Of a DNA stretch of 64,000 nt, positions 36,676 through 52,717 are shown one piece after another. The first letter of the stretch is position 1. Each line of letters starts with the position of its first letter. Below the pieces are notes generated by a model that made no database searches, was not told where the DNA came from, and was given only the letters and a program-made list of their open reading frames with translations. The position numbers and the translations under genes were made by a program. Source of the DNA: the human T2T-CHM13v2.0 reference genome, Homo sapiens. The DNA is taken from positions 25,088,001-25,152,000 of the forward strand of contig CP086569.2 in NCBI GenBank assembly GCA_009914755.4. Direction: 5' to 3'.

Positions 36676-37088
36676 CAGCATGCAATTTCATCCATGTCCC
36701 TACAAAGGACATGAAACTCATCATTTTTTATGGCTGCATAGTATTCCATGGTGTATATGTGATCATTCTCAGTAAACTATCGCAAGAACAAAAAACCAAA
36801 CACCGCATATTCTCACTCATAGGTGGGAATTGAACAATGAGATCACATGGACACAGGAAGGGGAATATCACACTCTGGGGACTGTGGTGGGGTGGGGGGA
36901 GGGGGCAGGGATAGCATTAGGAGATATACCTAATGCTAAATGACGAGTTAGTGGGTGCAGCGCACCAGCATGGCACATGTATACATATGTAACTAACCTG
37001 CACAATGTGCACATGTACCCCAAAACTTAAAGTATAATAAAAAAAAAAAGAAAAGAAAAAAAAAGAAAATGAAAAAAAAAAAAAAAAA
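36676..37088 (+). mobile_element. Short young L1 insertion (L1PA2/L1PA3-like 3' end) with a 5' inverted segment, a twin-priming structure, and a long poly-A tail
   Basis: The direct segment 36762–37040 (atcattctcagtaaactatcgcaagaacaaaaaaccaaacaccgcatattctcactcataggtgggaattgaacaatgagatcacatggacacaggaaggggaatatcacactctggggactgtggtggggtggggggagggggcagggatagcattaggagatatacctaatgctaaatgacgagttagtgggtgcagcgcaccagcatggcacatgtatacatatgtaactaacctgcacaatgtgcacatgtaccccaaaacttaaagtataat) is nearly identical to the L1PA2/L1HS 3' UTR. It is followed by poly-A with interspersed G, 37037–37088. The preceding 36684–36761 (caatttcatccatgtccctacaaaggacatgaaactcatcattttttatggctgcatagtattccatggtgtatatgtg) is the reverse complement of the L1 segment immediately upstream of the direct part. 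Supplied ORF 36917..37108(-) is an artefact. Confidence 0.85.
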
Positions 37089-40000
37089 GCAGCCTGCAGT
37101 TCAATCATTGAGCTAATTTGCTCATTCCATCTTCAATTGGTCTTTTTATTTCTGGTCTCTGTGAAAGCCTGCCAACAGGATATTGTTCATCCACCTTGAA
37201 ACTGTCATTTGTCAACCAAGCAGGTTGTTGTAGTCAATAGGGAGCTCTTCAAAGGGCATTGCCCATGTAAGAGTGGGATCCAGTAATTCCTGTGGTTGTT
37301 CCAAATTTGATGCTAGAAAATACCAGACTATTTGCCCTTGAACAGGATAAGCACCTCCTTGCACTTCCCTGTTAACATTGTACTCTATAAAGCCATCTTT
37401 TATGTTATTTTGGAAGTCTGAGCACTTCCTCATTAAACTGTTTCCTTAATATGCCCAACACCTTATGGGTGTTCCAAATTCTATAATTATTTTACGGTCT
37501 TCTGTCAAAGAAGCAGTCTCAATACCAAGGCAAGACAAGCTAGTAATTATCTTTCCAATGGCACATATTGTTTCATGGCATCCAGGAGTGCCCTGGACCA
37601 CAATTTCCAGCTAATGCTGAAGAGGGGCATGTGTGGGTTTTCTGCCATGGCCTCACTGTGCCCAGGAACATGTTGCAAGTACTTCTAAAATCAGAATTTG
37701 GATCACAAAGACCCAATGTGTAGAGAGAAAGAGCATTTTACCATTCAGAAATGGCCAGCTTTAGTGAAATTTCTTATTTAAATAGACCACCATTTATTGT
37801 TTTTAAATGGATGCATTATAATTTTACATATTTACAAAGTAGAACTATTATTTGTATACACGCACACAACGACAGATGACCAAATCTTTAAATGTCATAT
37901 TAGTAATTGGTATATTAGTAATTTCAGACATATATGACATATTTGTTTAAAGAACATTCCGAATCTAAACGTCTAGTTGTTTTGAAATCTACAAGAAATT
38001 ATTCATACCTATAATATCCCTCCCACACAATCAAACTTTAAAACCTATTCCTTCTAATTGTGTTTTTTATCCATTAACTGACTCACTTATTTGCTTGCTC
38101 AATGTCTTTCGCAGCCTATAATAAACTGTCATTCTATTCTCTGCCTTCATGAGATCAACTTTGTTATTTCTCAAATATGAATAAAAACATGCAATCCTTG
38201 TCCCTTATATTTCCTGGCTAATTTCACTTAATATAATGTCCCTTATAGGAAGCCTTTTTCTGAGTAATGTTCAGTTAATGTATTGAGGTTTTTATAAAAC
38301 TGAAATAATCACTCACTTAAAATTTAACTTGTTACCAAAATTCTTTGGGTATATAGGACTGTAGTTTGAAAATAGCTAAATGAACAAAGATGTCTTGAAG
38401 GTGCCTTAGGACACTAATATTGTACTCTTTTCTACCTCCTGTCTTACTTAACTCTGATTTGTCTTCAAATTAATAAAAATATTCTAGTAAATTATCTTGG
38501 GGATCAACATTAAACGCCAAAAGAAATCAGTAATGCACTAATTTAACTTTACAAATATAAGGAAAGAAGTTGCAACCAATACCAAAAGTTACCGAATAAA
38601 ATGATATATTTTTATACTCCTAATTTTCAAAGTACTTAATTTATTTTTTAATTTTTACTATTATTGCTTATTTCAAACATGGGCTATTATAATTGAGTTC
38701 ACAGAAAAGTTATTATAAAAGAGTAATAAAATAATAACATACACTGGAAGTAATATAGTAAAGTTTGAACAAGTAGGCAGGAGTAAAGACAAGTGAGTCA
38801 TCTGCCATGAGTAACTTTTGGGGAATAAGTAACTTTTTGGGGAATAAGTTACTGAGTCTTTCTAGGATTCAGTATCTTCTTTTGAGAATAATGTGTTTTC
38901 CAAATTAGATAAGATTATTTACATGGTGAAATCAGAATTATTAACACTCAGTAAGTATATCTATTAACCATAGTTGTGGAAGGAAAGGGAGCATAGACAG
39001 AAGCTCCAATAGTCAAAACATGATTGTAGCCATAAAGCAAAATACAGTTGGTTTACTAGTATGTAAGACATTTCTGTGTTTTTCATTTTGTCTTAGGTTT
39101 GTGACAAAGAAGTAAATAATATCCAATTCCTGCCCTGGAGAAGCTGACTGCATAGAAAAAGGAACAAGGCAGATATACATGCCAGAGTACAGTGCTGAGA
39201 AAACATAAAGCACAACCAACCAAGTACAAAGGTAAGACATCAAATCTGAAATTTTATATTCTGTCTGTTTCATTTGTTTCTTGCTGGTATGGTTAACCAT
39301 CTTTATATGTGTTAAATTCAACACCCTAGGGGTCACACATGCTATAGTACCAGAACTTACATTCCAATTTTTCTTCCAATAGTGGCTGTTAACCAAGTAT
39401 TGGTGAATATCATATATGAAGACTCTACTAAAAGTAAAGCTACCCCGACTGTGATGCTTGGATTGTATAATTTACCGGATCTAGCAAAGAGAAAGACAGT
39501 GTGTGTTTTGTAATCTCTATAAATGATAAGTATGGAGACACTAGTAGCTGAAAGACAAATTATTTCTGCCCACTGAAAGGAAAAAAATGAAGAAATTGTA
39601 GGAAAACCATTTACTACAGTTAAAATATACTGATCTTAAAATTTAGTTTCTATCAGTGTCTATAAAGAAAAGTAAAAATATAATAACAATAATAAAGAGT
39701 TTGAGTATAAACAGCAAAATTCAGGTATTCCATATTCACTTATTTGGAGGTATGCCCTAAATAGGTGATCTATCAGTATAACTTAACTTTTTCACTGCTT
39801 TATTTTCAAATGAATACTTTTCATAGGCAGTTTGATGATAATTCTTAACTAATATTTTTTACAAGTTCACATAGCAAATTTGAAGAATAAATTTTTTTCT
39901 TTAGCAGGAAAACCTCGCATTTGAGAAAAATATTAGAGAATTTAAATAGAAGCACATCTTATGATACACAGACAATATAAATATTCAGTCATAGTATCTC

Positions 40001-40215
40001 AGAGATTTTAGCCATATTATGAAAAGTAATTCCCACATAATTCTTTTAAAGTAAAATAATTTCAGAGATAAAAACAGTAGCTGCTATCAGAATCTTCAAG
40101 GTAATAGTAATTAATAATTAGAATTTACCTCACTGTTCTGCTTCTCATCTTCATAAAATCATTGTCTGTATTTTTACCTATGCATTCAATTGCAAGAATA
40201 CTGTCTCCATTGGAA

Positions 40216-40258
40216 TATATATACACACACAAACACACACACACACACATATATATAT
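40216..40258. repeat. (TA)n(CA)n(TA)n compound microsatellite
   Basis: atatatatacacacacaaacacacacacacacacatatatatatgg. Confidence 0.8.
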
Positions 40259-41357
40259 GGCTGCTGGATCACAGAATTCATGTGATAAAAAGTACCAACA
40301 TTTTGAAGTCCCACGAGATTTTCTGGTGGGTGAGATATAAGAGGGAGCAGATATTCCCATTCAAAAAGTGCTTCACAACCTGAGATAAGAAGAAAAAATA
40401 ATGCTTGTACTATGAAAATAATAATTCTGCCTACTCTTATTTCCATCAACTGACAATATTAACAACAACTCATCAACAAAGCATCAACACAGTCATTTTG
40501 AAAGAACACTTTGAATTTTCATATTAACAACAAATAGAGTGACCATATAGATTTTTAACTACAGACCCCTTAGTTCTGTATTTTAATGATATTACATCTA
40601 TTTGTTAAAAAAAGTGTTTGTTTAAAAAAAATCTCTTTAGAATATATATATAAACTGTGCCAATTCAGTTGTTAAATAAATTAACAAAATGAGTTTTTAA
40701 AAAGGAAATGCTTCTCTCTACATAGATCCCACAAGACAAAGATCGGACCTTTTAAGGAGTGAGTTTAGCTAGAAACTCCTACAATGTGGTAGAAAATATA
40801 GTCACCCAAAGAAAAATATACATGAATATAATTTCACATTTTCCAATAAAAGATCTGTACAGAATGCTATTGTTAATTGTATTCTAACCTTCACTTTTCT
40901 CTTGAAATAAACTAAATTTTGTTATCATTCGTTAATTTACTTATATTACTTCCCAACCTGAGTTTCAGTTCTGTGTAAGATTTTAACATTGCTACTTACT
41001 TTTTTAGCATGATGTGGACATTTAGAAGTAATAAAATGCACTCAAAAGTTCTCTTCTCACATTATGATTTTTAAAGCCATACCTCTGTTATACTTTAACT
41101 AAAATAACATTAAGCAGCTTCAAGGCTTGGGTTATGAAAATATTTTTAATGCATACATTTTAAATATAAACATAACACTAACTTCGGCTTCCCATTACTC
41201 TGAGGTTTCAGTATTTTTTAACACATGATTCAATAAAACCCACTTTGGTTACCAACACCAAATATAGGGGAGCACTTAAGAAATACATATTTTTTAAATT
41301 TACTATTGTCTGACATAAATGGTTTTATTTATTTTTAATTTTATTTTATTATTATTA

Positions 41358-44131
<2,774 letters not shown>

Positions 44132-44336
44132 CATGGACATAAAGGGTTTTAAATATATATCTGATGGCTACCAAATGTTCAACTAGTTGATCAAAAGCAA
44201 GCAAAAAAATCATGTGCTAATTTTTTTCCAAATGAAAATATACTTTCAAAGTAAAGTATTATTAATGAACAAAACAGTTTTATAATTTAAAAACTCAGTA
44301 TGCATTGCCTTATGTATGTAATGTATTTCTTTCAAA

Positions 44337-44610
44337 GTGAGGAGTTTGAGACCAGCCTAGGCAACATGAGGAAACCCGTGTGTACTAAAAATGTTAAAAA
44401 ATAATAAAAAAAATACTGCCATTTGGACTGGTGGGTGACTGTGGTCCCAGCTACTCAGTTGGCTGATGCAGGAGAATTGCTTGAACCTGAGATGCAGAGG
44501 TTGCAGTGAACCAAGATCCTGTCACTCCAGGTTGAGCAACAGAACAAGATTTAATCACAATTCACCCACCTGCCACAAACAAAAAATAAATAAATAAGAA
44601 AAATAAAAGG
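44337..44610 (+). mobile_element. Alu, + orientation, 5'-truncated, with an A-rich (AAAT)n-type tail
   Basis: gaggagtttgagaccagcctaggcaacatgaggaaacccgtgtgtactaaaaatg...ggtgggtgactgtggtcccagctactcagttggctgatgcaggagaattgcttgaacctgagatgcagaggttgcagtgaaccaagatcctgtcactccaggttgagcaacagaacaagat...aaacaaaaaataaataaataagaaaaataaaag. Confidence 0.8.
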
Positions 44611-45682
44611 ATCGAATCAACTGTGAATATATCAGGTATTGATAATGCCAGTTCACCTAACAAAAGAGAAAAATCCATGTACTGATGGAACTTATATTTT
44701 GGCTTTAATGGAAAGTAGTGACAAAATCTAGTGATTTTATTTTTAAGTCAGAAGGATAAGGATGGTGGGTTCATTTATTAGCAGGGGAATAGTATAAACT
44801 CAAAGGGGATTTGAGCAAATTTCTTGAAACAACAAAGAGAGCAAAACCTCTGATGTTGTAGTGTATACTAAGACTCTGAACAAGAAAGAGTATGGTAGAA
44901 GAAGATATGCAAAAGAGAATGAGAAGAAAATAATATATGGTTGTTTGTTACATTATAAAAACCATGGTTTAAGCTTAGGAAAAAGTGAAGCCGGGATTGA
45001 ATATTAATAGGTAGAATTATTTTAAGGTAAGGACAACATTATATATTTAAATAATAGTGATGATTGCAAAACATTGGGAATATCTTGGAAATCATTGAAT
45101 GCATACTTTAAAATTGTTAATTTTATAGTATCTGAAATATAACTCACATAGTTTAATAGAAGTAATAGTGTAATCGTTGTAATAGCAGAAGGTAGGAGAT
45201 CACTAAAGTGGCTGAGTTAATCAGATAAGAAATGTGGATAACCTGTATCTTGCTGACAGCAGGAGAAATAGGTAAAAGTGTTTAGATTCTTGACCTGTTT
45301 TAAAAGGAAAACATGCAGAATTTGAGGATTAATAGAAACGATGAGATAAAAAGCATGTAGGATGACATTACAGTTATAGGCCTTTGCAACAGGATGTAAT
45401 TACTATGAAGTGAAATGGGAAACACTTGGGGAAAGTTGTTAGGAAGTAGCATCAAAATTCAGTGTGTAGCCTTGAGACAAGATTGCCTGTTAAACATGAG
45501 TATGTGCAATAGAGTCATATGTGATTTGGGCTTTGGTAAGAGATTGGCTGGAGATAACAATTTGGGACTCACAATATCATTCAGAAATCCATTGTACAAG
45601 AAGAGATAACTGGAAGATTGAGCGTAAATTCATCAGCAATAATTTAAGGAAGAGGATGACTAAGAAACAACGGTTATATTTG

Positions 45683-45975
45683 GCCAGGCCTGGTGGCTCA
45701 CACCTCCAGTGCCAGCACTATGGGAGCCTGAGGCAGGCAGACGGCTTGACCCCAGGAACTCAAGTCCAGACTGAGATACACGGAGAGGCCCTGTTTCTAC
45801 CAGAAGTAGCTAGTCTGCGTGGCCTGTAGTCACAGTCAAGCAGGAGGCTGATGTGGAAAGATCACTTGAGCACGGGAGGTTGAGGCTGCAGTGAGTTCTT
45901 GATCTCACCACTGCACTCCAGCCTGGACAACAGAGGCAGACCCTGTCTCAATAAACAAACAGACAACAAAGACTA
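45683..45975 (+). mobile_element. Alu, + orientation, old (AluJ-like)
   Basis: ggccaggcctggtggctcacacctccagtgccagcactatgggagcctgaggcaggcagacggcttgaccccaggaactcaagtccagactgag...gcctgtagtcacagtcaagcaggaggctgatgtggaaagatcacttgagcacgggaggttgaggctgcagtgagttcttgatctcaccactgcactccagcctggacaacagaggcagaccctgtctcaataaac. Supplied ORF 45521..45829 overlaps it. Confidence 0.9.
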
Positions 45976-47745
45976 GAAATTAAAAAAAAACTATTATTAT
46001 ATTAGTCAAAACAAAGTGGATTATTTTAAATATACAACATATTTGGTAGACTGTTGGGGATGAAAGCCTGCCTGGTAAAGGTAAGTGGAATTTTCAAATG
46101 ACAGCATATCACCAATGGTAAAAAGATTCACCTGAAATTCAAGGTAACATTTTAAATTTAGCAATTAGGGTGTCACTGATTACCTTTGAGAAAGGACTGT
46201 GACTTCATTGTTGTGGGATAAAACCTGAGACAATAAGAACTGATGGAAAGAAAATAGCTAATAGAAATTCTCTGTGGAAATTAAAAGCAGACAAAAAAGT
46301 CAGTACCAAAGGAGACGGTTTTTGTTGTGTGTCATAAAATATGGAGTTTTTTTATACATATGTGATTAGGAAATCAAGGCAGTGAAGAAGAGGATAAAAA
46401 ATTACACGAAAGAGGAAAGGATCAATCATATTGATGGGCTGAGTCCAGGAGGATGTATTTTAAAATGTGATAAAGGTTTTGTCTTTGAATAAATAAGTGC
46501 ATATAGATATAGGTATGATTTAGATCATAGTAACAAACAACAGAAGTTGAGGAATTTAATACTCTGCAGCATAAAACTTAACAAATTAGAGGAAATGATT
46601 TTTATGATAAGCTATGAGAATAAAAGCAATGCAAAGAAAGTTCAGGAAATGAACATCTTATCAAATAAAAATAATATAGGCAACTTCTTGATTCTTCTCT
46701 CCCACTTTTTTAAACTACTACTTCTATTTTTCCTATTGATATATTTTAATAAATGACCAATATCTTCTGGGGAAATATTATGCTTTCTCTCTGGTAATTT
46801 GCATTAGCTTCTTACACATTTCATGCTCTTTTCTCATATTAACAGCACTTTTAGTCAGAAATATTTTCGTCTAAATTCTGTTCCAATATTTACTTGATTT
46901 TAAACAACTGTTGCCTTTTATCTTCCTTCTTATTCATTTTTGCTGAATATTGCTTCCCACCCATAATGACTAATTGAATTTCACAATATATCAGTAATTT
47001 CTCTGACAGTTTGTCTAGAAATAATCTAATATGAGCTATTTTGCCACCCCCCTCAAACAAAAGAGACTTTAGATCTTCTCTAGCCATGCAAAGTCTGGAT
47101 TTCACATCTATTTAAATTGAAACTTTACTTGATTAATAACTTCATAGCATTAAATCAAGCCAAGAAACAGTATACTAAATGCAAAATGACCAACATCTAA
47201 CAATTAGTGGAACTTAAACGGCTCACTGTTTTGTATTCCTTTCCGAATCAGAAATATCTGCTAGATAGTTTTCTTAGTGTCATCATGGTTAGACTGGGCT
47301 TATCCCTTGTGAAGTTTTGTTTTAGTCGATGTCAGCCACACACGCTGGCTGAAGAACACAAAAAGAAAACTAATGAGAAATATACACCTTTTTTCATACT
47401 ACCTGAAGACAGGACTATCATCTTGGTGTTAAGAGGTAGTTAATGCCTCGTAGAAGTTTGATTGTCTATTTCCTTAAAACAATGTTTGCTGAATAAATAA
47501 TATGTCAAGTTATTTGACATATTGACTAAATTATGTCAAATAGTTTAATTGCTTTAATTGACTCAATTATGTCAAATGGTGGTTCAATATTTCCTAAACC
47601 AGACATCGATTTTTTTTTATTGTGATTAGTGATACATATTTACCTTTCTGCATTTTCCATGAATAGTGAATTATACAGAATCTTGTTTTCTTCTGTTTCG
47701 ATTTGATAGCGAACTATACTAGATTCACTGACAAGAAGAGTTTGA

Positions 47746-47937
<192 letters not shown>

Positions 47938-47951
47938 TGAAAAGCTAGTGA

Positions 47952-48143
<192 letters not shown>

Positions 48144-48979
48144 TAGAACATAAATGGTTTGCTAATAAGCTTAAAAATGTGATAATCATGGTTCCTCTAA
48201 CTGAAATGCGCTGTGGTTTAGTTTTGTTTAGTTTTCACAATATTGAAAATTTTCCTATGCAATTTTTATCAGTCATAAGGTAATGATAGTTTTTAAAAAA
48301 TTCAAGTGGGATTAAGTCAGTCATTTTTTCTGTTCCTTTTAATATTATTCTCATTCAGCCTAATGGGCATTCTAAATAGTTATGAGGGATAGAAACATAA
48401 TCTTAAATTAAGGAATGAGCATAGTGTGAGTGAGAAGAGAGTATGGCTTGAAAATAATCTCATAAATTTTTTTTGTCAACTGACGTGTATTAACATGTTA
48501 GTGGTAGATTTCTAGACATCCTTACATTTGTAGCTGTGACTTGGAACTTCAAAACATAGCTAAGCAATTCATTTCCATATGTCTCCTGTCTGTTACTATA
48601 CTGATTTGCACATGTACTGTAAATTTTTTAAAAACTAATTTCATTCGGATCTGCATTTAGAGTTCCAAGATAGTAAAATGTATAAAAAATTACATACATT
48701 TTATAGAATTGAGTCACTGGGGATAACTGTTACCTTTCATTAAAATGGTAAGTGCAGAATTTTATAAACACATGCAAAAATGTGCAACCTCATGATTTAA
48801 TCTTCTATGCAAATAAAAATTAGTAATAGCAAGGGTAATGAGTAACACTAGCAGGGCAAGAAACACTTCTGCAAAGCCAAAGAGTTAATCCCAGTGACAA
48901 TGCATGAAGTGATTGTGGGCCATACTCTGGAGCTAATTTAAGTTTAATTGACTGAATCTCCTGAAAGAAAAGGACATAG

Positions 48980-49431
<452 letters not shown>

Positions 49432-49457
49432 TAAAATTTCTTAAATTTCTTGCAATA

Positions 49458-49690
49458 GGTCGGGAATGGTGGCTCACAACTCTAATCCCAGCACTTTGAA
49501 AGGCCGAGGCGGGCAGATCCCCTAAGGTTGGCAGTTTGAGACCAGCTTAGCTAACATGATGAAACCCTATCTCTACTAAAAATACAAAACTAGCTGGACT
49601 GGTGGCAAATGCCTGTAATCCCAGCTACTTAGGAGGTTGAGGCAGTAGAATAACTTCAACCTGGGAAGTAGAGGTTACAATTCTGTGATG
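49458..49690 (+). mobile_element. Alu, + orientation, 3'-truncated
   Basis: ggtcgggaatggtggctcacaactctaatcccagcactttgaaaggccgaggcgggcagatcccctaaggttggcagtttgagaccagcttagctaacatgatgaaaccctatctctactaaaaatacaaaactagctggactggtggcaaatgcctgtaatcccagctacttaggaggttgaggcagtagaataacttcaacctgggaagtagaggttacaattctgtgatg. Confidence 0.85.
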
Positions 49691-49696
49691 ATGAGA

Positions 49697-49826
49697 AAAG
49701 TTGAGATATGTAGATAATTAGATAGATAGATGATAGATAGAGAGATAGATAGATAGATAGATGTAGATGTAGATATACACAGCCACAGTCACTCAAGCAC
49801 ACAAACACACACACACACACACACAG
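49697..49826. repeat. (GATA)n microsatellite (49707–49776), followed by (CA)n (49796–49826)
   Basis: tagataattagatagatagatgatagatagagagatagatagatagatagatgtagatgtagat ... cacacaaacacacacacacacacacacag. Confidence 0.85.
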
Positions 49827-50212
49827 CTGTTATCTGTGTATATATATTCTTTTGAAAACAGAAGATACTTATTTTTAATTAGGTTATTATTTGCTTGTTC
49901 TTTTGAATCTGTTTTTAGTTCCTTGTATATTTTGATTAACCCCTTGTCTGATGTACAGTTTGCAAATATTTGCTCTCATTTTATTTTATTTTGTTTTTAT
50001 TTTTTGGTGTATGGAAGTTTTCTAGTATGATGTAACCTATTTTTCTGTTTGTGTGTTTTTTACTTCTGTTTTTGAAGTCTTATCCAAAAAATATTCTTGC
50101 TCAGACCAGGGTCGTTAAATATGTTTTGTGATTTATTCTCCTAGATTGACAGTTTTGTGTTTTCATTACATCTTTATTTTTAAATGTTTTTAAAAATATA
50201 TTCTTATAGGTG

Positions 50213-50350
50213 AGCTCTCACTATATTACCAAGTGTGGAGTACAGTGGCATAAGTGTTTCATGCTACAGCTTTGGACACCTGGGCTCTCGTGATCCTCCC
50301 ATTTGAGACCCCAAAGTAACTGAAACTATAGGTGGACTCCACTGCAATAG
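50213..50350 (-). mobile_element. Diverged Alu fragment nested in the old L1
   Basis: tgagctctcactatattaccaagtgtggagtacagtggcataagtgtttcatgctacagctttggacacctgggctctcgtgatcctcccatttgagaccccaaagtaactgaaactataggtggactccactgcaa resembles the reverse complement of the Alu right arm. Confidence 0.5.
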
Positions 50351-51531
50351 GCTTTTTAATCCATTTGCGTTAATTTTTCTATTTTGTGAGAATATAATTA
50401 GGGTTCTAATTATATTCTTCTGCATATAGCTCTCTTGTTTTTCCAGCACCAATTATTGAAGAGACTGACATTTCTTCATTTTGTGTTCTTGGCACCTCTG
50501 CAGAATATCAGTTGGCTATACAGGTGTAAATTTATTTTTGCTGACTGCATTCTGTTGTATTGGTTGATAGCATTGTGACACCTCCAGTTCTGTGGATTCA
50601 CTCCCCAACCCCACTGCCATCTTCAGGATTGCTTTGGCTATTCAGGGTTTTGTGTGTGTGGTTTCATATTAAATTAGGATATTTTTCAATTTCTGTGAAA
50701 AATGCCATTGGTGTTTTGATAGAGATTGCATTCAGTCTGTGCACTGCTTTGGATCATATAAACATTTTAACCATATTAATTTTTCCAATCAATGAATATA
50801 GATATTTTTCCATATTTTTATGTCATCCTAACATTTTATTAATGTTTCATAGTTTTCAGAATGCAGATTTTTTTAATTCCTTGCTTAAATTTACTCCTTT
50901 TTATTCCCCATACCTATTGTAAATGAGATTGTTTTCTTAATTTTTTTTATATTTTGCTATTTGTTTATGGAAATACTAAGGAATTGAATATGTTGATTTT
51001 GTAAACTGAAATTTTACCTACTTTCTGAGTCAGCTCTAAGTACTTTCTAGTGGTGTGTTTATGGATTTCCATATTATGTAATTAGTATATATGGACAATT
51101 TTACTTCTTCCTTTCCAATTTGGGTACCTTTTCTTATTTTCTCTTGTCTAATTGCTCTGGCTAAGGAATTTTAGTATTCTGTTAATAGATGTAGTGAAAG
51201 TGAACATCCTGGTCTTTTTTCAGATCTTCACAGAAAAGCTTTCAACTTTTAACTCCCACTGAGTGTGATATTAGCTAAGGGTTTGTATATAGAATGTTAC
51301 CTGGTTCTTTGGGTCTATGTCATTTGTTGTGTTGAGTTACAGTTGTTCTATGCATAATTTGTTAATGGTTTTTATTCAGAAAAAATGTTGAATTTTGTCA
51401 AATTTTTTTCACTTATTGAAATGACTGCATATACTTTGTTCTTTATTTTTTATATAATTTATGACATTTAATGATTCTTGTGTATTAAACCATTCCTGCA
51501 TCCCTGTAATCTCACTTGATCATGGTGTATC

Positions 51532-52680
51532 AGGGGAAATTCACCCCCAATATTTCACATAGTTTTTTTTCCATTTTCCTTAAGTGTTGGTTGGTCTCAG
51601 AAATAAAGGGACAGAGTATAAAAGAGAGAAATTTTAAAGCTGGGTGTCTGGGGGAGACATCACATGTCAGCAGGTTCCGTGATGCCCCCCAAGCCACAAA
51701 ACCAGCAAGGTTTTGTTAGTGATTTTCAAAAGGGGAGAGACAGTACAAATAGGGTGTGTGTCACAGAGATGACATGGTTCACAAGGTAATAAAATATCAC
51801 AAGGCAAATGGAGGCAGGGTGAGATCACATGACCACAGGACTGGGGTGAAATTAAAATTGCTAATGAAATTTTGGGTGTGCACTGTCATTGATAACATCT
51901 TATCAGGAGACAGGGTTTGAGGGCACACAACCAGTCTGACCAAAATTTATTAGGTGGGAATTTCCTCATCCTAACAAGCCTGGGAGCACTATGGGAGGCT
52001 GGGGCTTATTTCTTCCCTTACCTACCACCATAAAAGACAACCATCCCCAAAGCGGCCATTTCATAGGCCTCCCCTTAGAGATGCATTCTTTTTCTCAGAG
52101 ATTTTCCTTGCTGAGAAAAAGAATTCAGTGATATTTCTCCTATTTGCTTTTGAAAGAAGAGAAATATGGCTCTGTTCCACCCAGCTCACAGGCAGCCAGA
52201 GTTTAAGGTTATCTCCCTTGTTCCCTGAACATTGCTGTTATCCTGTTCTTTTTTCATGGTGCCCAGATTTCATATTATTCAAACACACATGCTCTACAAT
52301 TTGTACAGTTAGTGCAATCATCACAGGGTCCTGAGGTGACATACATCCTCCTCAGTTTATGAAGATGATGGGATTAAGAGATTAAAGTAAAGATAGGCAT
52401 AGGAAATCACAAGGGTATTGATTGCCAAAGTGATAAGTGTCCATGAAATCTTCACAATTTATGTTCAGAGATTGCAGTAAAGACAGGCATAAGAAATTAT
52501 AAAAGTATTAATTTGGGGATCTACAATGTCCATGAAATCTTCACAATTTATGTTTTTCTGCCATGACTTCAGCCGGTCCCTCTGTTCAGGCTCCCTGACT
52601 TCCCACAACATCTCTGCCTTTCTTTTTATGCAAATGTGCCATAACGATGAAGGCTTGTTTGTTCTCTCAGTTTGACACAG
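51532..52680 (-). repeat. 3' LTR of the HERV-K-like element, about 1.15 kb, containing an internal 80-bp tandem duplication (52375–52544)
   Basis: It lies immediately downstream, in minus sense, of the env stop. The minus-sense start is tgtgtcaaactgagagaacaaac (TG...), and the end abuts the interrupted L1. Internal repeat: ...gtccatgaaatcttcacaatttatgtt appears twice, each time preceded by agatt[a/g]..gtaaaga.aggcata.gaaat.a.aa..tatt.atttg... The LTR family is not identified. Confidence 0.6.
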
Positions 52681-52717
52681 GATTCTTTGACTGGTCCAGC
52701 ACACTAAAAAGCCACCT

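Noticed and set aside
36676-37097. Interpreting the imperfect flanking repeats (aaaaaaacagcatgc and aaaaaaagcagcctgc) as definite TSDs of the young L1.
   Set aside because: The match is imperfect (2 mismatches plus an indel in about 16 bp). That is surprising for an insertion this young, and the A-run could be coincidental. I kept the element but flagged the boundaries and TSD as uncertain.
39013-39396. A 127-aa minus-strand ORF in unique AT-rich sequence.
   Set aside because: There is no homology I can recognise, no splice or promoter signals, and the composition is typical of chance ORFs. It is not reportable as a gene.
47518-47580. A repeated ttgactaaattatgtcaaatagttt / ttgactcaattatgtcaaatggt motif that might mark a regulatory palindrome (ttgacat…atgtcaa) or a duplication.
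   Set aside because: It is short (about 2 imperfect copies) and AT-rich, and chance is likely. I cannot support a function from sequence alone.
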